The notes under the pieces were generated by a model, which had not been told where the DNA came from, did not search any database, and worked only from the letters and a program-made list of their open reading frames with translations. Shown here piece after piece: positions 45,305 through 55,334 of a stretch of 64,000 nt of DNA. Position numbers and translations under genes: made by a program. The DNA is from an uncultured Lachnospiraceae bacterium. GTDB lineage: Bacteria > Bacillota > Clostridia > Lachnospirales > Lachnospiraceae. Each line of letters opens with the position of its first letter. Positions within the stretch are counted from its first letter, which is position 1. The DNA lies in the NCBI GenBank assembly GCA_947650155.1, contig CANSUS010000006.1, positions 15,558 to 79,557 on the forward strand. Reading direction: 5' to 3'.

Positions 45305-46654
45305 ATGTTATTGATAAAAAATGGTTATCTGATCGACCCCGGGAATCATAGAGAGGGAAAAAATGATATTTTAATTGAGAATGGGAAGATCACACAGATA
45401 AAAGAAGAGATCAAAATGGAACAGGCAGCTGCCTTCAGGCAGGAAGGGGAAGACATACAGATAATAGATGCGGACGGCCTTGTAATAGCGCCGGGCCTTG
45501 TGGACGTCCATGTGCATTTCAGAGATCCGGGATTTACCTATAAAGAGGATATTGAAACCGGAGCAAAAGCGGCGGCAAAGGGTGGATTTACCACAGTCGT
45601 ATTGATGGCAAATACGAAGCCCGTAGTCGATCAAGCAGACACGCTTCAATATATATTGGAAAAAGGGAAAAAGACCGGTATCCATGTGGAAAGCTGCGTG
45701 ACGGTTACAAAAGGAATGCAGGGGAAAGAACTGACGAATATGTCAGAATTGAAGGCTGCCGGGGCGGTCGGAGTTACGGATGACGGCGTTCCGCTCTTAG
45801 AGGAAGGATTGGCGCGAAGGGCAATGGAGCGTGCGGCAAAGGCGGGAATGCCCATCAGCTTTCACGAAGAAGATCCGGCATACATTGAGAATAATGGGAT
45901 TAACAGGGGAAAAGCTTCGGAATATTTCGGTATTGGCGGTTCCGACAGACAGGCGGAAATTAGTATGATAAAAAGGGATCTGGAGATTGCGTTGGAAACG
46001 GGCGCGGTTATTAATATCCAGCATATCAGTACGAAAGAAGGAGTAGAACTCGTCAGACAGGCAAAAAGAAAGGGCAGCAATATTCATGCAGAGGCGACGC
46101 CGCATCATTTTACTTTAAATGAAGAAGCGGCGATAGAATACGGAACCCTTGCTAAAATGAATCCCCCGCTTCGGGAAGAGGAGGACAGGCTTGCTATTAT
46201 AGAAGGATTAAAAGACGGGACGATCGATTTGATTGCGACAGATCATGCACCGCACAGCGAAGAAGAAAAGAAAAAAAAGATAACGGAAGCTCCCAGCGGT
46301 ATCATCGGTTTGGAAACTTCTTTCAGTCTTGGCATTGCCCGGCTGGTAAATACGGGATATTTGTCCATGATGGAACTGATGGAAAAAATGTCTTATAATC
46401 CGGCGAAATTATACGGACTTCCGGGTGGGACGATAGAGGAAGGCGCGCCGGCGGATCTGGTCATTTTCGATCAGGAGAAAACATGGAGAGCAGACAGTTT
46501 TGTGTCAAAGTCTTCTAACTCACCGTTTTTGGGAAAGACAATGACAGGGCAGGTGTGCTATACTATCTGCAATGGAAAAATTGTTTATAAAAATGTGGAT
46601 GAAAGCCGCATTTTTCATAATGATTTGAACCGCCAAAGGCGGCATGGAGGATGA
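45305..46654 (+). CDS. pyrC: Dihydroorotase
   Basis: PGLVDVHVHFRDPG, ATDHAPH and operon context with pyrK and pyrD. Confidence 0.9.
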   Translation: MLLIKNGYLIDPGNHREGKNDILIENGKITQIKEEIKMEQAAAFRQEGEDIQIIDADGLVIAPGLVDVHVHFRDPGFTYKEDIETGAKAAAKGGFTTVVLMANTKPVVDQADTLQYILEKGKKTGIHVESCVTVTKGMQGKELTNMSELKAAGAVGVTDDGVPLLEEGLARRAMERAAKAGMPISFHEEDPAYIENNGINRGKASEYFGIGGSDRQAEISMIKRDLEIALETGAVINIQHISTKEGVELVRQAKRKGSNIHAEATPHHFTLNEEAAIEYGTLAKMNPPLREEEDRLAIIEGLKDGTIDLIATDHAPHSEEEKKKKITEAPSGIIGLETSFSLGIARLVNTGYLSMMELMEKMSYNPAKLYGLPGGTIEEGAPADLVIFDQEKTWRADSFVSKSSNSPFLGKTMTGQVCYTICNGKIVYKNVDESRIFHNDLNRQRRHGG

Positions 46655-46656
46655 AT

Positions 46657-47463
46657 ATGGCTCAGAAAAAGAAGGTATCAGCTGTTATAACAGCACATAA
46701 AGAAATTGCACCCAATATTTTTGATATGTGGATGCGGACAGAACTTGCAGGAGAAGCAAAGGCGGGACAGTTTATTGCAGTGTATCCCAAAAATGCGAGT
46801 ACTTTGCTGCCGAGACCGATCAGTATATGTGAGGTGGATGAAAAGAGGGAAAGCCTGCGTATTGTATATCGTATTGCAGGAAAGGGAACAAAAGAATTTT
46901 CAACGTATCAGGAAGGGGAAAGCATTGCGATTCTTGGAATTTTAGGAAATGGGTTCCCAATGGAAGCAGGATTTGTGACGAAAATTTTCCTCATGGGAGG
47001 AGGAATCGGAATTCCGCCTATGCTGGAACTTGCAAAGGAACTTTCAGATCATGCTGCAAATACAGGGAGCGGGAAACCTGAAATTAACATCATTTTAGGA
47101 TATAGAGACTCCAAGTTGTTTTTGAAGGAAGATTTGGAAAAATACGGAAATGTGTTTGTAGCAACAGAGGATGGAAGTACAGGGACAAAAGGAAATGTCA
47201 TGGATGCAGTCAGGGAAAACGATCTGCATGCTGATGTGATTTTTTCCTGCGGTCCTATGCCGATGCTTCGGGCAATTAAGAATTACGCAAAGGAACAGGG
47301 AATACCGGCATATATTTCTTTGGAAGAGAGAATGGCATGCGGCGTAGGCGCCTGTCTTGGCTGTGTGTGCAAAACCAAAAATACAGATCATCATTCGCAT
47401 GTCAATAATGCAAGGATTTGTACGGACGGGCCTGTTTTCGAGGCGGATGAAGTGGAAATTTAG
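46657..47463 (+). CDS. pyrK: Dihydroorotate dehydrogenase B electron-transfer subunit
   Basis: FAD/NAD-binding fold and the C-terminal 2Fe-2S cluster motif CGVGACLGCVC. The start could instead be 46651. Confidence 0.85.
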   Translation: MAQKKKVSAVITAHKEIAPNIFDMWMRTELAGEAKAGQFIAVYPKNASTLLPRPISICEVDEKRESLRIVYRIAGKGTKEFSTYQEGESIAILGILGNGFPMEAGFVTKIFLMGGGIGIPPMLELAKELSDHAANTGSGKPEINIILGYRDSKLFLKEDLEKYGNVFVATEDGSTGTKGNVMDAVRENDLHADVIFSCGPMPMLRAIKNYAKEQGIPAYISLEERMACGVGACLGCVCKTKNTDHHSHVNNARICTDGPVFEADEVEI

Positions 47464-47552
47464 ATGCAGAACAGAAAAGATACAGGCGGAGAGTGGATGC
47501 ATGATACTCCGCTTGATTTGCAGGTGTGCAAAATACACAGATAGGAGCATTT

Positions 47553-48455
47553 ATGAATACAAAGGTAACGATTGCAGGTGTGGAATTTAAAAATCCGGTC
47601 ATGACGGGTTCGGGAACTTTTGGTTCCGGAATGGAGTATGGAGAATTTGTAGATTTAAACCGTTTGGGGGCTGTAGTGACAAAAGGAGTTGCCAACGTGC
47701 CGTGGGAAGGAAATCCAACGCCCAGGGTTGCCGAGGTTTATGGAGGAATGTTAAATGCAATCGGGCTGCAGAATCCTGGCGTCGATGTGTTGATTGAAAG
47801 AGATCTTCCTTTTATAAAGCAGTATGACACGAAAATTATTGTGAACGTATGTGGAAAAACAGTAGAAGATTATATTGAGGTTGTGGAAAAGCTTGCTGAC
47901 AAAGAGGCAGACATGCTGGAAATCAATGTATCCTGCCCAAATGTGAAAGAAGGTGCGATTGCTTTCGGGCAAAAGGCGGACAGTCTGTTTGCTATCACTT
48001 CCAGGATTAAAAAAGCGGCGAAACAGCCGATCATTATGAAGTTAAGTCCTAATGTGACAGATATTACTGAAATGGCGAAGGCGGCGGAGGCGGCAGGAAG
48101 CGATGCCATTTCTCTGATCAATACGCTGACCGGCATGAAAATAGACATCAATAAACGGGCCTTTGTCCTTGCCAATAAAACAGGCGGTCTTTCCGGTCCG
48201 GCAGTCAAACCGGTGGCGGTACGGATGGTGTATCAGTGCGCTCAGGCAGTGAAGATCCCGATTATAGGAATGGGCGGTATTGCGAATGCGGAAGACGCGC
48301 TGGAATTTATAATGGCAGGCGCAACGGCGGTGGCAGTGGGCGCGATGAATTTTGTTAATCCGTATACCACAGTGGAAGTTGCAGATGGGATTGAAGCGTT
48401 TATGAAGGAGAAGCAGGTTGAGGATATTCAGGAATTGATTGGGTGTGTAAAGTAA
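47553..48455 (+). CDS. pyrD: Dihydroorotate dehydrogenase B catalytic subunit
   Basis: FKNPVMTGSGTFG, NVSCPN and GGLSGPAVKPVA blocks. Confidence 0.9.
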   Translation: MNTKVTIAGVEFKNPVMTGSGTFGSGMEYGEFVDLNRLGAVVTKGVANVPWEGNPTPRVAEVYGGMLNAIGLQNPGVDVLIERDLPFIKQYDTKIIVNVCGKTVEDYIEVVEKLADKEADMLEINVSCPNVKEGAIAFGQKADSLFAITSRIKKAAKQPIIMKLSPNVTDITEMAKAAEAAGSDAISLINTLTGMKIDINKRAFVLANKTGGLSGPAVKPVAVRMVYQCAQAVKIPIIGMGGIANAEDALEFIMAGATAVAVGAMNFVNPYTTVEVADGIEAFMKEKQVEDIQELIGCVK

Positions 48456-49491
48456 GGATAACGGCGGCAAAAGCTCCGCACAATTTTCCGCATATTAATG
48501 CAGGCAGCATATCCGGTTCTGTGCTTAAAGTGAATGCCATTTGAGCGGCAAGCAGGCTGGTGCCGCTTACCAGAAATGCGCCGGCGGCTGTTTTCCCTCT
48601 GGAATCCATATCGGAATAGAGGGAAAAGACCGGAATGGCGCTTACGCATCCAATCAGCATGCCGGTCAGGCTTTGCGGTTTCAGATGAAGTTTTGCGCCC
48701 AGAAATGTGAAAGGTTTTTCTAACAGTCTGCGCAGAAGTTCTGCTACCGGAAGGCTTCCCAGCATAACGATGCCGATAGAGGAGACTACACTCATGGCGT
48801 CTTCGATGGGAGTCATTCCAGGGATAAGAGTCCATCCGCAGAGAGATTTTACTGCTGCCAATACCAGACCGACAGTGACCAAAGCCCGTATACCGTCTGC
48901 TAAGATGCAAAATCCTTTCACCATTTTATCCGGTATTTTCCATAGTCCAAGCAATAGCAGCAGTGCGGAAACAAAAACAGGCAGATTCTGATGAATACTT
49001 TCCCATAGGGATAATCCTGCAAGAATTCCTCCTGACAAAAGACCTGCCGGCATTGCAGCCAGTCCAAGCATAATTCCCTTTGCAAAATATTTCCGGTCTT
49101 CTTTACAAATCATGCCCATACCCACAGGGATGGTGAATACTATTGTGCATCCAAAAACAGCGGATACAACAATCCCTGCATAGCTGCCAATTCTGCTGTC
49201 TATAGCAAGTTCTGATGCTAACTGGTAGCCGCCCATATCGATGGCAAGTATACTTCCAAACATGGCGGGATCTACGCCGACAGACTGGTACAGCGGAACA
49301 ATCACCCGACCCAAAACATCAGCCAATACGGGGGCAAAGCAGATCATTCCTGCCATAGAAAGCGCCGTAGGCCCCATAAGACGGAAACCTTCTTCAAATT
49401 TATCGCCATATCCGAATTTATTTCCAAGAAGCCTGTCGGCGCCGCCTATTATGATGCCGATGGACATAATAATCATAAGTATTTGATTCAT
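48400..49491 (-). CDS. eutH: Ethanolamine utilisation protein EutH (ethanolamine permease)
   Basis: N-terminus MNQILMIIMSIGIIIGGADRLLGNKFGYGDKFEEGF and a polytopic profile typical of EutH. Its 3' end overlaps the pyrD 3' end by 56 nt. Confidence 0.8.
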   Translation of the reverse strand: MNQILMIIMSIGIIIGGADRLLGNKFGYGDKFEEGFRLMGPTALSMAGMICFAPVLADVLGRVIVPLYQSVGVDPAMFGSILAIDMGGYQLASELAIDSRIGSYAGIVVSAVFGCTIVFTIPVGMGMICKEDRKYFAKGIMLGLAAMPAGLLSGGILAGLSLWESIHQNLPVFVSALLLLLGLWKIPDKMVKGFCILADGIRALVTVGLVLAAVKSLCGWTLIPGMTPIEDAMSVVSSIGIVMLGSLPVAELLRRLLEKPFTFLGAKLHLKPQSLTGMLIGCVSAIPVFSLYSDMDSRGKTAAGAFLVSGTSLLAAQMAFTLSTEPDMLPALICGKLCGAFAAVILTLHTQSIPEYPQPASPS

Positions 49492-49789
49492 TTTAACACA
49501 CACCTTTTATGGATTCATTTTCTATCTCTGATTCTATTGCAGATTATAGCATAAGCGTCGATATAATTCCATTTTATTATGATTATCGAATTGTTTTTTA
49601 CTCCAAGGAATAAACGGCTTTACAGTATGCAACTTTGATGCATCTATACGATATAATGAACAAAAATATTTACAATTCATTTTAACAGATACGGGCGTAC
49701 TGCAGCGCGCAGGGGGTATAAGGTTGAAAGAAAAACGCTTTCAACTATTGAATTTGAGTGTCTGCTAAAGCAGACAGATGGGAGTAAAT

Positions 49790-51712
49790 ATGAAAAAGAA
49801 GTCTATTTTTCTTGTAGTATTATTGATTGGCATCACACTGCTTATATCCTGTAAAAAAACGGACAGTCCACAGGAGGAATCCGTATTGGATCAAACCGAA
49901 GAGGATAATCCTGAAGAGAAGCTGGCTGCAGAACAAAAAGAATTATATACTTCTTATATAAAAGAACTGGACAGGATGCTTTTGGATAATCAAAAACAAG
50001 GGCAGGAGGGAGAACTATACCGGGAATTTGTAGGCACCATTTATCTTTTTTATCCGGCAAATTATGAAGGAGGACTATGTGCCGGTTACATAGATGGGAA
50101 AACGACGTTTTTCCAGTTGGTTACTGCAGATAAAGCGAGGGAAAAAGAACGGCAGAGATATGAGTGCAGGATATTGGAGGATGGCAGTTTCTGGTTTACT
50201 TATCAGACAGAGAGCAGATCTGAGAAAGATTTGCCTGACTATATTGTAAATAATGATGTACTGCGTTTTGAAAGGATAGATGATGTTTATGATGACGAAT
50301 GGGAGAATCCGGAAGAGGAAAAAGAACTTCGCAGACAGGAATCAGAGCGGTATATGGCAGAGGAAACAGAGGGGGAAATACAGGAATTTTGGGTATTAAA
50401 GGACCGAATATACCGGATTGACAGAGACGGGGAAATTTTTATCGATGTGGCACAGCAGAAGGAGGTCTGTATCGCAGAGTTTTTAAAAGGACAGTTGAAC
50501 CGTATTAACTGTCAGCTCAGAGTGAGTGAAGCTGTTATGGAGGAAGTGGAAAAATACAAACCGGAAGGCTATAGTTTGTTGTGGGAAAAAAATGCATGGA
50601 GTCATATTGCTGTCTGTGATTTGAATCATGATGGCAGGATGGACTATGTTGCGGCTTTGTATCCGGATGACTTTGAGGAAGAACGAAGGTATGAGGGGTT
50701 CAGCCCTTATGAATTTATACCACAATATTATGCAGCCAGCTTTTGGCTTTTGTTATCTGCAGAGAATGGCGGTTATGAACAGATCTCTTTATCCGATAGC
50801 ATTGAATATTGGGATACAGCGCTCAGTTTGGTGGAAGTGGTATTTGTGGACGAGGGAATCCTGCAATTAGAATATTTTGTCGGCCGCACTCCTTACACAA
50901 ATGCCGTACTTCAATTTTACTATGATGAGGAGCAAAAAGACTTTTATGTGCTTCGTTCCTATTACAGAGATTCAAATAATGCAATATTGACAGGCGATGT
51001 GGATAATTACGGAAAAACAAAGATGTCCTGGTATTTTTCCCCGGCATATGAAGCGTTTGAAAGTGTGTGGGAGAGCGTAGATGACGTTCCCATGCAGGGC
51101 GGCAATATGCTTGGATATTATTGTTATAGTGACAGTTTTCAATATAGATGCGAAAATCTGCTGGAGGAGCATCATATAAACAGCCTGATCTGGGAAAAGG
51201 AATATGAACTGTTTTTAAGCTTGAAACAGTATTATCCTTCGATGAAATTGAATTTCCATATGATTACGAGTCCTACTTTTTATGGCTCCAGGCTGGTCAG
51301 CGGACAGGTGGAAGTATGGGGGCATGCAAACGATCAATATGATGTTGAGACGTATATGCCGATTATGGTTGATAAACAAGAAGGAACCTATGTAACGGTG
51401 ACAGGACTTCTGGAAAAGGAGGAGTTTGCGCAGATTTTTGACGAATGGGCAAAAGACGATAACGAGCTTACTTACAACAGGCTGACGGAAGAAGAAAAAG
51501 AGTGGTGTGACGAGACGATAGAACAATGCTGGGAAAAGGCGGATCTGACGGAGAATTTTCTTGGGGAAAAAGATAAAATTTTATTTCTTCAAATTGTAGA
51601 GGATGGTATCCTGATGCGGGTGTGGCCGGAATCAGACACGATGGGACCGGAGTACCATTTCCTGATCGATAAAGAATATTTCTGGGGAACCGAGGTTTGG
51701 GATTATTTCTAA
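49790..51712 (+). CDS. Hypothetical lipoprotein (640 aa)
   Basis: Lipobox LLISCKK. I recognise no family. Confidence 0.6.
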   Translation: MKKKSIFLVVLLIGITLLISCKKTDSPQEESVLDQTEEDNPEEKLAAEQKELYTSYIKELDRMLLDNQKQGQEGELYREFVGTIYLFYPANYEGGLCAGYIDGKTTFFQLVTADKAREKERQRYECRILEDGSFWFTYQTESRSEKDLPDYIVNNDVLRFERIDDVYDDEWENPEEEKELRRQESERYMAEETEGEIQEFWVLKDRIYRIDRDGEIFIDVAQQKEVCIAEFLKGQLNRINCQLRVSEAVMEEVEKYKPEGYSLLWEKNAWSHIAVCDLNHDGRMDYVAALYPDDFEEERRYEGFSPYEFIPQYYAASFWLLLSAENGGYEQISLSDSIEYWDTALSLVEVVFVDEGILQLEYFVGRTPYTNAVLQFYYDEEQKDFYVLRSYYRDSNNAILTGDVDNYGKTKMSWYFSPAYEAFESVWESVDDVPMQGGNMLGYYCYSDSFQYRCENLLEEHHINSLIWEKEYELFLSLKQYYPSMKLNFHMITSPTFYGSRLVSGQVEVWGHANDQYDVETYMPIMVDKQEGTYVTVTGLLEKEEFAQIFDEWAKDDNELTYNRLTEEEKEWCDETIEQCWEKADLTENFLGEKDKILFLQIVEDGILMRVWPESDTMGPEYHFLIDKEYFWGTEVWDYF

Positions 51713-51773
51713 TAAGAGGATAATCCGATTTATGCACTTAATGACTATGAGTATCTGATGCCGGGAATGGCGC

Positions 51774-53315
51774 TTAAGATTCCAGCGCCAACCCATTCTC
51801 CATAAGCCGATACACTTTTGTACATACTTCCTCAATATACTTTCTGTCATGAGAAATACTGATAATGGCGCCCGGAAAATCAGATAACATCTGTCTGATT
51901 ACAGGAGCGGACAAAGGAGAAAAATTCCGTGTCGGTTCATCCAATATCAAAACATTTGCATTGGACAGACTCATTTTCAGAAGGAGGATTTTTGCCTTCT
52001 GACCGCCTGACAGCCCGGCTATCGGGTGGTCCATTTCATCTGCGGTATATTTTAGCGCGCCTAAATAGGTTCTGATCATAGTCCGTCTTTGTTTATCGCC
52101 GGATTCATCCAGAAATTCTACAGGCGTAACGTCCATATTTAAAAGCTCCTCATAATTTTGAGGCATGTATTCTGCATGAATATCATCCCTTGCAAGCAGT
52201 TCTTCTGCGATTTTCCGAAGCAGGGTAGTTTTTCCGGCGCCATTTGTACCAATAATACCTATTTTTTCCGAGCCCCGTACTTGTAGTTCAATCCGGGAGG
52301 ACAGACAACGTTCTCCGTCGGGAGTATAGAGATTTTCCAGATAGTATTCAATGACGGTCTTTCCAGCGGGAATAGCGGAGTTTTTATCTCCGAGTTTAAA
52401 GAAAATTGCACTTTCCTGTTCCGGCATTTCCGTCATATTTTCATCTTCTCTTTCAAAGCGGTGCTGCAATGCTTTCACTGCATGCATTTTTTTCTTAAGC
52501 AGTCGTCCGCCGCTGGGGTCCTGTCTTGAAATGACAGCCTGTTCATAATCCACTCTTTGATAAATCCTCCTGAATTTTTCATCCCGGATTTTTTTATCCC
52601 TTCTGTCACTTAATGCCTGCTGCTCCTGTTTTTCAAATTTAGAAAGACGTTCCTTTTTATATTGCAGATAAGGCATATTTGCAATCGTATAGCGGCAAAG
52701 CGTTTTGTGCCGGATCTGTTCTAAATGTATGACCATATTTGTCGTATTTTCAATCAGAGTTTCATCGTGGGAAATATACAATACAATGTGCGGCCATTCC
52801 TTAATCAGGGTTTCCAGCCATTCTAACGTTTCAATATCAATATCATTGGAAGGTTCGTCTAAAAGCAGTACCGTAGGTTTTCCAATTAAAAGGCGGATCA
52901 TCTGTGCCTTTACTTTTTCCCCGCCGGATAATGATTTCATTTTCTGTTCAAGATAAAAGAAGTCGACGGGGATATGAAAATCTTTTGCGTATTTTCCTAA
53001 TTCCTTTGGAGATAAATCCAGAAACATCGGTTCTTCCATAAAAAATTCATAGACAGATTTGGATTTATCCTGCTCGGAAAGTTCCTGAGGAAGATAGCCC
53101 AGGTGCTCTTTGTTTAAAATCCGTTCTCCGGAAACTTCTATATAATCTTCTATTAACTCTGGGTCATAGATCCATTTCAATAATGTGGATTTACCATTTC
53201 CTTCTTCTCCGATGATCACAGCCTTGTCACCGTCATTTAACACACAGGAGAAATCTTTGAGAATTTCCTTTAGATCTTTTTTATGGGTAAAAGACAGATT
53301 TTTGATTTGTAACAT
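51774..53315 (-). CDS. ABC-F family ATPase, candidate ribosome-protection (ARE-type) protein
   Basis: Two ABC cassettes with no TM domain (GEEGNGKST/LSGGEKVKAQ and GTNGAGKTT/LSGGQKAKIL), joined by a charged ~80-aa linker. Length is 513 aa, and a long attenuator leader lies upstream. Confidence 0.8.
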   Translation of the reverse strand: MLQIKNLSFTHKKDLKEILKDFSCVLNDGDKAVIIGEEGNGKSTLLKWIYDPELIEDYIEVSGERILNKEHLGYLPQELSEQDKSKSVYEFFMEEPMFLDLSPKELGKYAKDFHIPVDFFYLEQKMKSLSGGEKVKAQMIRLLIGKPTVLLLDEPSNDIDIETLEWLETLIKEWPHIVLYISHDETLIENTTNMVIHLEQIRHKTLCRYTIANMPYLQYKKERLSKFEKQEQQALSDRRDKKIRDEKFRRIYQRVDYEQAVISRQDPSGGRLLKKKMHAVKALQHRFEREDENMTEMPEQESAIFFKLGDKNSAIPAGKTVIEYYLENLYTPDGERCLSSRIELQVRGSEKIGIIGTNGAGKTTLLRKIAEELLARDDIHAEYMPQNYEELLNMDVTPVEFLDESGDKQRRTMIRTYLGALKYTADEMDHPIAGLSGGQKAKILLLKMSLSNANVLILDEPTRNFSPLSAPVIRQMLSDFPGAIISISHDRKYIEEVCTKVYRLMENGLALES

Positions 53316-53624
53316 ATATGCATTCCTCCTTTATTCAAAAAGTCTGCTTTCATAGCCGAAAGCAGACTCACACATAAAAGAAGACCTGTTGATTTTGTCC
53401 GGGCAAAAAAATAACACCTATAGACAAGCAAAAGGTTTCAATGATACGGTGATAATCTAATTCGGCATACGAAAACAAACCTACCTGTTATAGGTTAAAT
53501 TCAAAAATTGTTGTTTGTTTCGTCCAAATTAAATTATCTGCAATACATCCTATCACCTTTCACAATCTATCTGTGCCTTTCTTAAACTGACTGTAGTGTA
53601 TCACGCCGCTGCTTTTATGTCAAG
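53316..53624 (-). promoter_or_regulatory. Promoter plus ~270-nt leader with a terminator/attenuator upstream of the ABC-F gene
   Basis: Minus strand: TTGACA-N17-TACACT (53595-53623). Mini-ORF MYCR at 53534-53548 behind AAAGGUGA. Terminator AGUCUGCUUUC-ggcuau-GAAAGCAGACU plus U5 (53337-53368) lies directly before the SD AAAGGAGG. Confidence 0.65.
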
Positions 53625-53679
53625 CATGGCATAAAGTATAATTTTGCAGAATATATTTAGTTAGAATAAGTGTGGAGGT

Positions 53680-55266
53680 ATGAATAAATTGGAATTAGTG
53701 AAACAGAGTATACATATGGACCGGAAGAAATGTGTAGCCGGCACACAGACCACTTTGGAAACCGACGTAAATATTCCCGATAATAAGCCGGATGCAGAAA
53801 GTGTTGTGCTGAGCAAGGGTACCATTGTAATTACAGACAGTAAAAGTTCAGACAACCATGTGATGGTGAAAGGAAAATTGCAGTTTGCTCTTTTGATACA
53901 ATCGGATTTGGGCGGTTTGTATTCGGTAAATGGAGAAATTCCTTTTGAAGAACAGGTTTATATGGAAGGAACCAGTGTTTCGGATGTGGCGGATATTACA
54001 TCCTCTTTGGAAGACATGACGGTAGACCTGATCAACTCACGAAAACTCAGCGTGCAGGCAGTTGCGGGTTTTAAACTGTGTGTAGACGCCATTTGGGATG
54101 AGGATATGGTTACGGGAATCATGGTCAATGAAGAAACGGACGGCGCGGTGGAGTGCAGCAGAAAAAGAAAAGATATTGCACAGATCGCCATTCAGAAAAA
54201 GGATATTTTCAGAATGAAAGAGGAACTAGAACTTCCTCAGAATTATCCCAATATTACAGAGTTAATCTGGCATGATGTGCAGCTGCTTAATGTGGAGTTT
54301 AAATTGCTGGAAGAAAAAATAACTGTGCAGGGTTCGGCGCAGGTATTCCTTATTTACGAGAGTGAAGGAGAGGAAGGAAGGATAAAGACTTACGAAACGA
54401 CCATTCCCTTTGGCGGGACAATTGACTGTTATGGGTGTAAAGAGAGTATGATTCCGGCAATCCGTTTTGAAGTTGGAGCGGAAAATATGGAAATACGGCC
54501 GGATTTTGACGGAGAGTCAAGGGTTGCCGGATTGGAACTTATTCTTAATATGGATATCAAAATGTATGAAGAAGACCATATGGAATATGTGGACGATGCT
54601 TACGGGATAGAGAAAGAGATCGAATTATCCAGAAAAGATTCCACCTATAAGAAAATCCTGCTTTGCAATAATGATAAACTGAAAGTTTCAGGGAAATTGG
54701 AAGCGCCTAAAATAACAGATGGAATCTTGCAGATTCTTCATAGTGACGCCCTGATTCAGGTAGATGAATTGAAAGAAGAGGATGGAAAGATTGTGGCGGA
54801 AGGGGCGATCAGGCTGCAAGTGCTTTTATCCACCGGTGAAAGTGAAAAGCCTTATACAAAAGCAGAAGGCTATCTGCCCTTTACCTATGAAACCGAGCTG
54901 CCCGCCTATGATGATAAGTGCAGCTTTGAACTGCAGCCTGTTTTATCGACTATGATGGTGAGTCTGTCGGGAAGCGGCGATGTGGAAGCAAAGGCTGTGA
55001 TGGTAGTTAACCTGATCGTGTTTGAAGACATGAATCTGTCGGGAATTACAGAAATGAAGGTTTGGGACGCGGATCAGGAAAGAAGGAACAAACTTCCGGG
55101 GATTGTTGGCTATATGGTGCAGGAAGGCGATGAACTGTGGGAAATCGGTAAGAGGTATTATGTGCCGGTATCTCAGATATTGGAGTTTAATAACCTGTCA
55201 GGTGAAAATGTGAGAACAGGAGATAAACTTTTGATCGTAAGACAAGGAAAAGCCAGAACCGATTAA
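53680..55266 (+). CDS. DUF3794 (SPOCS)-repeat protein with a C-terminal LysM domain, likely sporulation-associated
   Basis: The C-terminus YMVQEGDELWEIGKRYYVPVSQILEFNNLSGENVRTGDKLLI is LysM. The upstream repeats resemble the DUF3794 architecture. Confidence 0.6.
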   Translation: MNKLELVKQSIHMDRKKCVAGTQTTLETDVNIPDNKPDAESVVLSKGTIVITDSKSSDNHVMVKGKLQFALLIQSDLGGLYSVNGEIPFEEQVYMEGTSVSDVADITSSLEDMTVDLINSRKLSVQAVAGFKLCVDAIWDEDMVTGIMVNEETDGAVECSRKRKDIAQIAIQKKDIFRMKEELELPQNYPNITELIWHDVQLLNVEFKLLEEKITVQGSAQVFLIYESEGEEGRIKTYETTIPFGGTIDCYGCKESMIPAIRFEVGAENMEIRPDFDGESRVAGLELILNMDIKMYEEDHMEYVDDAYGIEKEIELSRKDSTYKKILLCNNDKLKVSGKLEAPKITDGILQILHSDALIQVDELKEEDGKIVAEGAIRLQVLLSTGESEKPYTKAEGYLPFTYETELPAYDDKCSFELQPVLSTMMVSLSGSGDVEAKAVMVVNLIVFEDMNLSGITEMKVWDADQERRNKLPGIVGYMVQEGDELWEIGKRYYVPVSQILEFNNLSGENVRTGDKLLIVRQGKARTD

Positions 55267-55270
55267 ATGA

Positions 55271-55315
55271 AAAAGCTGCTGTATTTACTGAAAACGGTAA
55301 ATACAGCAGCTTTTT
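55271..55315. terminator. Bidirectional intrinsic terminator
   Basis: 18-bp stem AAAAGCTGCTGTATTTAC / GTAAATACAGCAGCTTTT. Confidence 0.85.
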
Positions 55316-55334
55316 AAATCAGTTTTGTTATCAA

